Assembly: GCA_024695475.1 (NCBI GenBank)
Contig: JAILIC010000146.1
Coordinates: forward strand, 11,613 to 75,612
Direction: 5' to 3'
From: Treponema sp.
Lineage (GTDB): Bacteria; Spirochaetota; Spirochaetia; Treponematales; Treponemataceae
Length of the DNA stretch: 64,000 nucleotides
The notes under the pieces: generated by a model
Told to the model about the DNA's origin: nothing
Database searches by the model: none
Seen by the model: only the letters and a program-made list of their open reading frames with translations
Position numbers and translations under genes: made by a program
Part shown: one piece after another, positions 49,299-58,625 of the stretch
How the letters are laid out: each line of letters begins with the position of its first letter
Position numbering within the stretch: position 1 is the stretch's first letter

Positions 49299-50882
49299 TT
49301 ATTTTACTTCACCTTTAGAAATAACAGTATAATTTTGCATAATATCAAAGAAAATATTCCAAGAACCGTATTGATGTTCCAAAATATCAGTACTATTCCT
49401 ATTCCGAGATGACATCATCAATACCTTGAGATTTGAAATAATTTCACTACTCGGTTTTTTTGCGTCTGCCAGTAAATCACCAATTTCAACAAACAATATA
49501 TACAAATTATCTGTTGTTGTCTTTATCAAAGCCCTTGCCTGCAGATTAATTGCATCAACAGTTGAAACCAATTTTTTCATAAAATCAGAATCCCCATGGC
49601 TATCATTTATATACCCCTTGATAACCGCAATATCATTTGGCGCACCTTTACCAAAAGTTTTTTCAAAATTGATTAAATCTTCCATTGCACCAGTACAGGC
49701 AAACACTGTTGAAGAAAACTTTGTTTTATATGCTGGATTCTCAAAAAAACCTTCGATGACTATATCGTTTAATAAAGCTTTTACAGATTCCGTCAAATAC
49801 ACCTGCAAAAAAGACTTTACTATCTGCAATGGAGTAATCCACATGAATGATACAGGAGTATTTCCTTGTAAATCTTCATTGTTCTCCGCATTATAGCCCT
49901 CCAATATATCCAGAGGGCGTGTACCAAACAAAGTTTTTATATCTGTTGCAGTTGTTTCATCTTTAATTTCTCGTTTGATACGTTCTTCATCAACTTCATA
50001 ATATTCTTTTAAGTGGGTAGCAAACGACTGTCGTATCGATTTTTTATAGACTGCAGCATCCAACTTTACATCTGGATCATTTTTTGCAACAAAAATCAGT
50101 TTACTGATGATATCTTTTGTTAATACCCGATCCAATATATATAATATCGCTTTTAGATGAGCAACAAGTGCGTCTCGTTGTACTGTATTATTTTCACCAT
50201 GATTTCGAATCTGCAACAACGCACATAACAAATTTCCCAAAGAATTGGTGAGGCGCAAATTACTTGCAATAAAATAAAAATCGGTCAAGTTTCTTTCGAT
50301 AGTTAATGGAAGAATTTCTTGAAAACTAGGCACATAGGACAAATCTGTTCCATCAAAATCACGATCAAACGCCTTAAGAATAGACATAAAATTAAAATGG
50401 CAAAAATCAGCAAACTGATACATATCAGCCATTATAATATCTATTTTTTTAAACTCACCATTTTCCAATTCGCCAAGTAATCTATTTAACGTTCTTTTCT
50501 GCAACTCAAGCGTTTTATCCATTGATTCAGTCGATGCAAATACTGCAGCTTTACGTTTTTCATAACTCAAAGTTGCAAGCAAATCCTGACTATTTGGAGA
50601 ATAACCTGATATGAATAACCGCTCTGAAAATTTTGTTGCCAAACGAACATCTGGATTACTAATCGTCTGCAAAAACAAATCATCAATTGGTTTAGTATGA
50701 ATATATAACTCTTTTATGGTTTGTGCAAAGTTTGGCTGTAACATGTTGTTTTTATATAGAACCGGTTGAAAAGCACGTAATTCTACATCAATCTTTCGTA
50801 ACTGTTTCTTTTTTTGGACTTCTGGAGAAGAACTCATGAATAACATCTCCAAAAGGTCCTTAAGTGATTGCAACAAACCCAT
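49299..50882 (-). CDS. conserved-looking all-alpha hypothetical protein (527 aa)
   Basis: Long ORF with coding-like composition in a co-directional gene string. No catalytic or binding motif recognised. Start uncertain (ATG 50882 lacks an SD; ATG 50837 lies 9 nt after GGAG). Confidence 0.6.
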   Translation of the reverse strand: MGLLQSLKDLLEMLFMSSSPEVQKKKQLRKIDVELRAFQPVLYKNNMLQPNFAQTIKELYIHTKPIDDLFLQTISNPDVRLATKFSERLFISGYSPNSQDLLATLSYEKRKAAVFASTESMDKTLELQKRTLNRLLGELENGEFKKIDIIMADMYQFADFCHFNFMSILKAFDRDFDGTDLSYVPSFQEILPLTIERNLTDFYFIASNLRLTNSLGNLLCALLQIRNHGENNTVQRDALVAHLKAILYILDRVLTKDIISKLIFVAKNDPDVKLDAAVYKKSIRQSFATHLKEYYEVDEERIKREIKDETTATDIKTLFGTRPLDILEGYNAENNEDLQGNTPVSFMWITPLQIVKSFLQVYLTESVKALLNDIVIEGFFENPAYKTKFSSTVFACTGAMEDLINFEKTFGKGAPNDIAVIKGYINDSHGDSDFMKKLVSTVDAINLQARALIKTTTDNLYILFVEIGDLLADAKKPSSEIISNLKVLMMSSRNRNSTDILEHQYGSWNIFFDIMQNYTVISKGEVK

Positions 50883-50946
50883 AATATATCATTTTATAAT
50901 GGAATACCTGTATTTTCAAGATAGAAAAAAAGGCAATCTTTTCAAT

Positions 50947-51969
50947 TTAGTTAAAAAAAATATGTTTATAATCTTCAACAGAAGAAGCGGTTATTATCTG
51001 TCGTCTCAGCTCTGCTCCGCCTGGAATTCCTTTTGAATATGAACAAAATCGCTTACGCATTTCACGACAGGCATTATTTTCACCACGGTCTTTTACAAGA
51101 ATTTCCAATTCATCAAAACCAGCCTGTAAACGCTCCCGTTCACTGATTTCCTCATAAAAACCTTCAGTCAGCAACTGTCGTGTCTGCCTAAAAATAAACG
51201 GATGCCCCATAGCTCCTCTGGCAAACATCACACCATCACACCCTGTTTGTTCCAACATATCTTTTGCAGCTTCAGGAGTAAAAACATCACCAGAGCCAAA
51301 CACAGGTATTCTTCCTGCTACAAAATCAACAAGCTCTTTTAATAACCCCCAATCAGCTTTTCCTTCATACCCCTGAGCACGAGTACGCCCATGCAACGTA
51401 ATGGCAGATACACCGGCTTCCAAAGCAGCCTGAGCAGCTTCTTTCCAAGTAATATGCTGGGCATCCCAGCCAGATCTAATCTTTACCGTTACTGGCACGG
51501 TACATTTTGGTTTTGTTCCATCTTCATAGCAAGGACGGGTCCCATCATATGATGAAACCGCTTTTACAACCGCATGCAACAAATCATACAATCGATCTGG
51601 ATCACGAGTAAGTGATGACCCAGCTCCTGTTTTTACTATCTTGGGAACAGGACAACCGGCATTTATATCAATACATTCTGCTGTTGTCGAAGCAAGCACT
51701 ATAGTCGCAGCTCGAGAAACAACATCTCCAGTTCCTCCAAAAAGCTGCACCGCATACGCTTTTTCATTTGGTGCACGAAGCATCAAATCCTTAGTTTTTT
51801 CATTTCCCCTTGTAAGAGCCTCTGCCGATACCATTTCCGTATAAGCAAAATCAGCCCCGCCAATGACACAGACATGACGAAATGCCCGATCGCTATAACC
51901 GGCAACTGGGGCAAGGAATAAATTTCCATTAAGAGAAAGAGAACCTATAGAAACAGGATGATATAACAT
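50947..51969 (-). CDS. tRNA-dihydrouridine synthase
   Basis: LAPVAGYSDRAFRHV, IDINAGCPVPKI (catalytic Cys), TLHGRTRAQGYEGKADW. Confidence 0.92.
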   Translation of the reverse strand: MLYHPVSIGSLSLNGNLFLAPVAGYSDRAFRHVCVIGGADFAYTEMVSAEALTRGNEKTKDLMLRAPNEKAYAVQLFGGTGDVVSRAATIVLASTTAECIDINAGCPVPKIVKTGAGSSLTRDPDRLYDLLHAVVKAVSSYDGTRPCYEDGTKPKCTVPVTVKIRSGWDAQHITWKEAAQAALEAGVSAITLHGRTRAQGYEGKADWGLLKELVDFVAGRIPVFGSGDVFTPEAAKDMLEQTGCDGVMFARGAMGHPFIFRQTRQLLTEGFYEEISERERLQAGFDELEILVKDRGENNACREMRKRFCSYSKGIPGGAELRRQIITASSVEDYKHIFFN

Positions 51970-52743
51970 TTATTCAGGAAGATTGAATGCTTTACAACTG
52001 TTTTTCCACAACTGTGCACTTAACTCTTCAAGGTCCATTTCTAACATTTCTGCAAGAAAACGAGCTGTAGAAGTTAAATATGCAGGCTGAGTGCGCTTAC
52101 CTCTAAACTCAGCTGGAACCATGAACGGACTTTCTGTCTCAATCAAAATTCGATCAACAGGAATGTTCAAAACAGTTTCATGCAAATTACGAGCATTGCG
52201 ATATGTCAAATTACCCGCAAAAGAAAACCAGATATTCATATCCAGACATTTACGAGCAAATGATGCATTCTCAGAATAACAATGTAAAATGGCACCAGCA
52301 GATGGCAAACGCTCTGACAATACATCAAACACATCTTTTCCTGCATCACGATTATGTATAATAACAGGCAAATTGTACTTTTGAGCAATTTCAAGCTGCG
52401 TAATAAAAAGCTCAATCTGAGAGCGTTTATCGCCAAATTGCTTATAATAATCAAGTCCAGTTTCACCGACAGCAACGACATTAGGCAACTTTAAATTTTG
52501 TTCAATACGCTCAACCCAATTCTTTCCTGGATTGATAACTTCTGACGGAGCCACACCACAGGCATGGTATACTCCTGAGACTGATTTTAAATTATTATAT
52601 ACGATATCAAAATCATGGAGACTATTATTTATACTGATAATACGAGTAACACCAGCTTGTTTCGCTTTCTGAATAGTACGAAGCTGTTCTATAGGATCTT
52701 CATAGATCAACCCAATATGGGCGTGAGTATCAAAAAATTGCAT
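51970..52743 (-). CDS. TatD-family metal-dependent hydrolase
   Basis: FDTHAHI, GETGLDY, VIIHNRDA, ILHCYS, ETESPF. Its stop abuts the dus start. Confidence 0.92.
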   Translation of the reverse strand: MQFFDTHAHIGLIYEDPIEQLRTIQKAKQAGVTRIISINNSLHDFDIVYNNLKSVSGVYHACGVAPSEVINPGKNWVERIEQNLKLPNVVAVGETGLDYYKQFGDKRSQIELFITQLEIAQKYNLPVIIHNRDAGKDVFDVLSERLPSAGAILHCYSENASFARKCLDMNIWFSFAGNLTYRNARNLHETVLNIPVDRILIETESPFMVPAEFRGKRTQPAYLTSTARFLAEMLEMDLEELSAQLWKNSCKAFNLPE

Positions 52744-52921
52744 GGCTTAGCTTCCAGAAAAATGAGATTGTAATGAGGTTCTTTTACCCTCTGGAATATA
52801 AAAAAGTCTACTTTTTTTAATTATTCCTTCCGATAAAGATAACACAGGTTTTAAGTACCGTCAACTTAAACTTTATGCCCGAATAATATGGTACAAATCA
52901 ATGGTATTTATATATAATAGT

Positions 52922-52968
52922 TTGACATATATCATTCTATTTCATATAATATAGTACTAAGCTTAGTA
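52922..52968 (+). promoter_or_regulatory. consensus sigma70 promoter plus 14-bp perfect palindrome at the predicted start site
   Basis: TTGACA (52922-52927), exactly 17 nt, TATAAT (52945-52950). TACTAAGCTTAGTA (52955-52968) is a perfect palindrome. Confidence 0.6.
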
Positions 52969-52973
52969 TCTGT

Positions 52974-54014
52974 GTGAGGAATGGAAATTTGACACGATCA
53001 CATCGTTATCGTAAATATGAGAAAAATCTCGTGACCTGTTGTATAAATGGACTCTCAAAAGGTCTTAAAGGGATTTGTCATTTTTTCTCTGCAATTTTTC
53101 ATATTCTTGACAATAAGCTTACCATCATGATTGTGCCTCACTCTGTCGGAAAAGTTTTTAATCTACAGACAAATGTCTTTTCCCTCATACTTGGTATTAT
53201 TATTGTTATTGGTATCGTCTCTTCATTCTTTTATTTTAATACACGGGTAGCTGGATCGAGCGCTGAAATTGCACGCCTTATGAATGAAAATCGTCAAACA
53301 CTTGCAAGCCTTGACGAGCTACGTGATGAAAACAACAATTTGTTACAAACAGCCAAGCGCTTCCAATCATCACTATCCCAGTCACTTTCACTGCTCGGTA
53401 TTAACCAAACTGATACTATTTCAAAAGCATCAATGAACAACGGAGATCTTTCGGCACTTTTTGGAACTAATGAAAATGCTTCTGGAACATTGAAAGAATC
53501 TTCTGACATCCGAAGTCTTGCATCATATCTTGATAGTGCAGTACAACCAATTAAGCAAATTGGTCAAATGCTTGAAAGCCAGAATACATTATTTACCGAT
53601 ATTCCAAGTATTTGGCCGGTACAAAATCCAAATGCTCATATCTCAATGGCTTTTGGCCCGACCATCCATCCAATAACAGGACAATGGTACATTCACAAAG
53701 GTTTGGACTTCTCTACCTGGCGCTCTGGGGATCCAATTCTTGCAACAGCTAATGGTCAAGTTGTAACTGTCGGATACAATTCAAGTTTTGGTAATTACGT
53801 CATTATAAAACATAAGCACGGTATTTATACTCGTTATGCACATATGAATACAGCTCGAGTTCGTAAAGGACAATACGTATCACAGAGAGAAGTTATTGGT
53901 ACCATCGGTAATACCGGTGTTACCACAGGTCCACACTTACACTATGAAGTACATATTGGTTCAGACGTTGTAGATCCTGCAAAATATATTAATATAAAAA
54001 CTTCTACCAAGTAA
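52974..54014 (+). CDS. membrane-anchored M23 (LytM-type) peptidase
   Basis: HKGLDF, HMNTARVRKGQ, GNTGVTTGPHLHYEV. One TM helix (VFSLILGIIIVIGIVSSFFYF) then a coiled-coil. Start uncertain: GTG 52974, or TTG 52989 which lies 8 nt after GAGGA. Confidence 0.85.
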   Translation: MRNGNLTRSHRYRKYEKNLVTCCINGLSKGLKGICHFFSAIFHILDNKLTIMIVPHSVGKVFNLQTNVFSLILGIIIVIGIVSSFFYFNTRVAGSSAEIARLMNENRQTLASLDELRDENNNLLQTAKRFQSSLSQSLSLLGINQTDTISKASMNNGDLSALFGTNENASGTLKESSDIRSLASYLDSAVQPIKQIGQMLESQNTLFTDIPSIWPVQNPNAHISMAFGPTIHPITGQWYIHKGLDFSTWRSGDPILATANGQVVTVGYNSSFGNYVIIKHKHGIYTRYAHMNTARVRKGQYVSQREVIGTIGNTGVTTGPHLHYEVHIGSDVVDPAKYINIKTSTK

Positions 54015-54018
54015 TAAA

Positions 54019-54429
54019 ATGGCACTTCGTACAGACGACATCTCAATTAATACTCTTATTGGTTTAGGTTCTGCTATATCTGGTGATGTCCATGGTAATG
54101 GATTTGTGCGTATAGATGGTGATATCGATGGCAACTTTGAGACAGATGGCAAAGTTATCATCGGTGAAAAATCTCGCATACGTGGAAATGTAACAGCAAA
54201 GTCGGCAATCATTTGTGGTCTTATCATCGGTGATGTTACCGCAGAAGAAAGCATTCACTTATGCTCTACTTCTATGGTTATTGGCGATGTAATCACCCGC
54301 TCCCTTGAAATAGAAGACCATGTCGTTATTAACGGATATTGTATTTCAATAGATTCAGAGGACTATCAAGACCGGGTAAAAAAGCGTCTTGACGAAAAGG
54401 CAATTAGGAGTAAAGCAATTCATACATGA
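54019..54429 (+). CDS. bactofilin
   Basis: DUF583-type beta-helix repeats: IGLGSAISGDVHGNGFVRIDGDIDGNFETDGKVIIGEKSRIRGNVTAKSAIICGLIIGDVTAEESIHL. Starts 4 nt after the M23 stop. Confidence 0.88.
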   Translation: MALRTDDISINTLIGLGSAISGDVHGNGFVRIDGDIDGNFETDGKVIIGEKSRIRGNVTAKSAIICGLIIGDVTAEESIHLCSTSMVIGDVITRSLEIEDHVVINGYCISIDSEDYQDRVKKRLDEKAIRSKAIHT

Positions 54430-54965
54430 ACTCTGTTGATCCTCTTAACCAATCTTTATACTTTGCTGCTGCAAGCGCAGCTTCTCGGCAAGTTGCTGCA
54501 AATATCAAAAAAAATGAAAAGTCATCTGCTACAAAAAAAACATCTTTTTTATCAAATCTAGAAGAATCAATTGCAAAAGAAGAATTAATTGCACAAGGGC
54601 TTCCTATAGAGATTGCGGGCCTTTCTGAAGAAGAAGCTGTCGTCTTTTTAAAAGATGCTGTTGATGCAGCTGGTGATGTCCTGGTAGAAAAAATGACCCA
54701 AGATGCATTTATTTCATATCGCATGGCAATTACGCAATTCATGACTTTTGTCGAAAAGCGAACTTTTGATATAGAAAAAATCAAACGACGTGGATTTAAT
54801 CGCCGCACCGGAAAACCACGAGATCCATCAATTCAAATACATATAATCAATACAAAACTGAACAATCTAGCATCAGATTTATTATACAATCACCTTGATA
54901 AACTTAAATTGCTGGCAAAAGTAGATGAAATAAATGGACTATTGGTAGACTTACTTGCAGCATAA
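54426..54965 (+). CDS. DUF327 (YaaR-like) protein
   Basis: ATGA overlap with the bactofilin gene. C-terminal ...IINTKLNNLASDLL....LKLLAKVDEINGLLVDLL resembles B. subtilis YaaR (...IDEKLLELTEDML...LLGKIGEIKGLLINL) from memory. Confidence 0.55.
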   Translation: MNSVDPLNQSLYFAAASAASRQVAANIKKNEKSSATKKTSFLSNLEESIAKEELIAQGLPIEIAGLSEEEAVVFLKDAVDAAGDVLVEKMTQDAFISYRMAITQFMTFVEKRTFDIEKIKRRGFNRRTGKPRDPSIQIHIINTKLNNLASDLLYNHLDKLKLLAKVDEINGLLVDLLAA

Positions 54966-54989
54966 TTATAAAATACGGGATATAAGAAT

Positions 54990-55913
54990 ATGAGTGATAT
55001 TTTTGAAAATGATATAGATAATGAAACTGAAGATATTTCAGCATTAGAAGATAATACTGTAGATCAAATCGAAGATACCAGCCAGTTTGTATACCCTGAG
55101 CCTCTTTATAAATTGCTTTTAGAGTATTCTAGTGAAGGTATCTATGCAACTACAAAAAGTGATACAGCTCTTAAATCTGGCGATCATGTCATAATTCCGA
55201 CACGCTATGGTAAAGATATGGCATTAGTCTTAGGTGTATCAAAAACCCCAATCGGTATAAAACCATCCGATGTTGTTGTCATCGATCGTGTTGCAACCGA
55301 TGAAGATCTAGAACGCTCCCAGACACTTCGCCAAAAAGAAATAGAAGCTTTTCCTATATTTAAAGAAAAAGCCGCATCTCACAATCTTGAGATGAAGCTT
55401 ATCGCTACTCACTTTTTACTTGACGAGCAAAAGGTTTTATTCTTTTTCAGTGCCGATAATCGTGTTGATTTTAGAGAATTAGTCAAAGATCTCGTCAGCA
55501 TATTTAAAATGCGTATTGAACTACGCCAGATAGGGGTTCGTGATGAGTCCCGTATTATCGGAGGTCTAGGAGTATGCGGACGTCCTTATTGTTGCCATTG
55601 TGTATCAGATAAGTTACGTCCTGTCTCTATAAGAATGGCAAAGGATCAAAACCTTTCGCTTAACTCAATGAAAATTTCAGGGCAATGCGGACGCTTACTT
55701 TGCTGTCTCTCTTATGAATATGATTGGTATGCCGAAGCTAGAAAAAAACTCCCAAATGAAGGAACACACCTTTTTTATGATGGTACTAAATTCCGCATTA
55801 CTGAGGTAAATTTGCTCTCCTCGATGGTAAAAATGGCTGGAGAAGACGGTCGTATTATAGAAGTCAACGCAAAACGATTTTATCGCGATAATAATAACTG
55901 GAAAATACGTTGA
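54990..55913 (+). CDS. PSP1-domain protein (YaaT/RicT-like)
   Basis: FKMRIELRQIGVRDESRIIGGLGVCGRPYCCHCVSDKLRPVSIRMAKDQNLSLNSMKISGQCGRLLCCLSYEY. Confidence 0.88.
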   Translation: MSDIFENDIDNETEDISALEDNTVDQIEDTSQFVYPEPLYKLLLEYSSEGIYATTKSDTALKSGDHVIIPTRYGKDMALVLGVSKTPIGIKPSDVVVIDRVATDEDLERSQTLRQKEIEAFPIFKEKAASHNLEMKLIATHFLLDEQKVLFFFSADNRVDFRELVKDLVSIFKMRIELRQIGVRDESRIIGGLGVCGRPYCCHCVSDKLRPVSIRMAKDQNLSLNSMKISGQCGRLLCCLSYEYDWYAEARKKLPNEGTHLFYDGTKFRITEVNLLSSMVKMAGEDGRIIEVNAKRFYRDNNNWKIR

Positions 55914-55940
55914 GTCAAGGAACGCTGAGACTTGAAAATA

Positions 55941-55975
55941 AAATAAGGGGAGTCATTAGCTCCCCTTTAAGTCAT
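55941..55975. terminator. bidirectional terminator hairpin
   Basis: GGGGAG (55947-55952), 7-nt loop, CTCCCC (55960-55965). T-rich on both strands beyond the stem. Confidence 0.55.
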
Positions 55976-55995
55976 TCTTGCAACTCAACAAAGTC

Positions 55996-56727
55996 CTAAC
56001 TTATAACTGCTATAAGTGTATCGCTGTTTATTTCATCAAATGGATGCATTTCATAATCGCTATAAAATGCAATTGATGTAAAGCCAGCTTCTTTTGCATA
56101 ATCAACTAATTTATTTTTCGTTAATACAAATACTGGCTCATCTTTAAATACTGGTAAAATCTTACCAGTACCAGTTGTTATCTCAGCTGAATATAAATGC
56201 TCATCATTTTCAGCATTTTCCAATACTCGATGAAAATCGACACGGACAGAAGAAGTAACGGGCAACTCAACCCTATCTCCATTATATTTCTCAAAATTGA
56301 ATAATTCGAGAACAACAGTTCCTTTTTTAGCAAGCATTTGCTTGCAATCAAAAAAGAATTTTCGCATCAGTATACTATCACGAAGAAAAAACACTCTATT
56401 CGTAAGACAAGCAATGACATTATAAAAACCTTTTCCGAGGAATCGATTCATCTCTAACATTGTCATTTGAAAAAAGCGGATAGACATCACCTGACTACGC
56501 CGGCGACGATTAGCACAATCAAGTAATTGACGATACGATTCAATACCGGTAACATCAAAACCTTTTTCCGCAAGATAATTTTCCAACACACCTGTTCCGC
56601 AGCCAACGCGTAACATCTTTAGTGGACTTGCATATTTTCCAACAAAGCTTTCAAAAAACTTCTTTTGTATATCCGTAACAGGATATAACTCATCATAATA
56701 TTCTATTATATTTTGAACTATTTCCAT
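55996..56727 (-). CDS. class I SAM-dependent methyltransferase
   Basis: Motif I LRVGCGTGVLENYLAEKGFDVTGIE. 243 aa. Confidence 0.8.
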   Translation of the reverse strand: MEIVQNIIEYYDELYPVTDIQKKFFESFVGKYASPLKMLRVGCGTGVLENYLAEKGFDVTGIESYRQLLDCANRRRRSQVMSIRFFQMTMLEMNRFLGKGFYNVIACLTNRVFFLRDSILMRKFFFDCKQMLAKKGTVVLELFNFEKYNGDRVELPVTSSVRVDFHRVLENAENDEHLYSAEITTGTGKILPVFKDEPVFVLTKNKLVDYAKEAGFTSIAFYSDYEMHPFDEINSDTLIAVIS

Positions 56728-56830
56728 ATAATTCTATTATAAATCATAATTTTTATTTTGCAATCAATTATTAAAAAGTTTTTACATTAATTTAAGCTTT
56801 ATCATTTACTTAGCAAAACCTTATTTTTAA

Positions 56831-56858
56831 TTGACATATCAAAAATCTGTCTTAGAAT
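56831..56858 (+). promoter_or_regulatory. putative sigma70 promoter of the hydrogenase locus
   Basis: TTGACA (56831-56836), 16 nt, TAGAAT (56853-56858). ATG 56877 follows with a very short leader and no clear SD. Confidence 0.4.
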
Positions 56859-56876
56859 AAGACTATCGGTATCATT

Positions 56877-58625
56877 ATGACATTAACACCTGTATACACC
56901 CAAAAAACTGAATGCCAAGATTGCTATAAATGTATTCGTTCATGTCCTGTAAAAGCCATTCGAGTAAAAGACTCTCACGCCATTGTTATGGGAGGTCGTT
57001 GTATTGCTTGCGGTCGCTGCGTAACGCATTGTCCTTCTCATGCAAAACGATATCGTAATGATATTGATGAGGTCAAAGCATTATTATCGCGTAAAAAAAA
57101 GGTTATCGTTTCACTAGGACCTTCTTTTATTTCTGAATTTCCTGATTTTACAATACCATCCCTTATTGCAGCTCTTAAAAAACTTGGTTTTTCAGATATA
57201 TCTGAATCCGCATTAGGAGCTGATTTTGTAACAGCTACCATGTCTTCTCTCCTAGCTAAAGCAGAAGCCGATCATTCTTCACAAAAATTATATATTTCTT
57301 CTATTTGTCCCACCGTTGTCGAATACATAAAACACTATATGAGTGATTATGCTCCCTATATCACTGATATTTCTTCTCCGCTACTAACTCATGCCCGCTA
57401 TTTACGAAAAGTGTATGGAAACGATATAGGAGTTGTATTTATAGGCCCTTGCATTGCAAAAAAACGTGAAGCAGACATTTGGGAAGAAATTGATAATGTA
57501 ATAACATATAGAGAGCTACGAAAATGGTTTGATGCAGAAGGCATCACTGCAAAAACAGTTGGGGATGGATCTTCTGATCCAAGAAATACTTTTGTACCTC
57601 GTCGAGCTTCTAAATCTGAATTATATTGCATCGAAGGCGGAATGATCGAAGCTATGCACAAGTACAACCATCTGACACATGTCAAACTATTATCAGTATC
57701 AGGAATCGAAGGTATCAAAGAAACACTTTCTGGACTTGATGTAAACGAACTCGATGAACCATTATTTCTTGAATTACACTCTTGTTATGGCTCTTGTATA
57801 AGTGGGCCTGGCAATGTATATAAGCGGCCACTAGCCATGCGCAAAATTGATACAATTAATTTTGCACGTAGTGCTGATGATGTACTAGACCAAAAAACAC
57901 TGCGTGATATTCCAGACATGACAGGTGTGCTACCCGCTTATCCAATTAAACAACATACATACACTGACAAACAAATTAATGCAGCACTTAATACAATTGG
58001 AAAATACTCAAAGGAAGAAGAACTCAATTGTGCAGGTTGTGGCTATGAAACATGCAGGCACTTTGCAGCTGCCATGCTTGATGGTATTGCTGAAAAAACA
58101 ATGTGCATATCATATATGCGAAAAATTGCCCAAAAAAAAGCTAATGCATTGGTAGCAGCAATTCCGAGTGGTGTTGTCATTGCAGACAAAAATCTTGATA
58201 TTATTGATTGCAACAAAAACTTTGCAACATTAATGGGTGATGCTGCACTACAAGCCTATCTAAAAAATCCTGGCATGGAAAAGACAAATTTATCTACATT
58301 TTGTCAAAACATAGGATTATTTAACTCCGTTTTATATAAAAAAGGCATAGATGTTATTGAAAAAGATGTCGAAGAAGGCAAAAAAATCATGCATTTTTCA
58401 GTCTTCATCATACAAAAAGGTGAAATTGTTGCCGCAGTCATCGATGACATTACAACTCCTATGTTACAAAAAAAGCAAACAATAACACAGGCACGAAAAG
58501 TTATTGAAAAAAACTTATCTGTCGTCCAAAAAATTGCGTTTCTGCTCGGAGAAAATGCTGCTGAAACAGAATCAATCCTAAACTCCGTTATTAAATTATA
58601 TGAAAAAACAGATAACAATGTGTAA
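56877..58625 (+). CDS. sensory [FeFe]-hydrogenase-like protein (HydS type, group C) with C-terminal PAS domain
   Basis: Two ferredoxin motifs (CQDCYKCIRSCP, CIACGRCVTHCP). Variant H-cluster motifs SSICP (57297-57311, versus TSCCP), IGPCIAKKRE, ELHSCYGSCISGPG. Additional Cx2Cx4Cx16C (CAGCGYETCRHF...TMC, 58029-58106). PAS-like tail. Confidence 0.85.
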   Translation: MTLTPVYTQKTECQDCYKCIRSCPVKAIRVKDSHAIVMGGRCIACGRCVTHCPSHAKRYRNDIDEVKALLSRKKKVIVSLGPSFISEFPDFTIPSLIAALKKLGFSDISESALGADFVTATMSSLLAKAEADHSSQKLYISSICPTVVEYIKHYMSDYAPYITDISSPLLTHARYLRKVYGNDIGVVFIGPCIAKKREADIWEEIDNVITYRELRKWFDAEGITAKTVGDGSSDPRNTFVPRRASKSELYCIEGGMIEAMHKYNHLTHVKLLSVSGIEGIKETLSGLDVNELDEPLFLELHSCYGSCISGPGNVYKRPLAMRKIDTINFARSADDVLDQKTLRDIPDMTGVLPAYPIKQHTYTDKQINAALNTIGKYSKEEELNCAGCGYETCRHFAAAMLDGIAEKTMCISYMRKIAQKKANALVAAIPSGVVIADKNLDIIDCNKNFATLMGDAALQAYLKNPGMEKTNLSTFCQNIGLFNSVLYKKGIDVIEKDVEEGKKIMHFSVFIIQKGEIVAAVIDDITTPMLQKKQTITQARKVIEKNLSVVQKIAFLLGENAAETESILNSVIKLYEKTDNNV

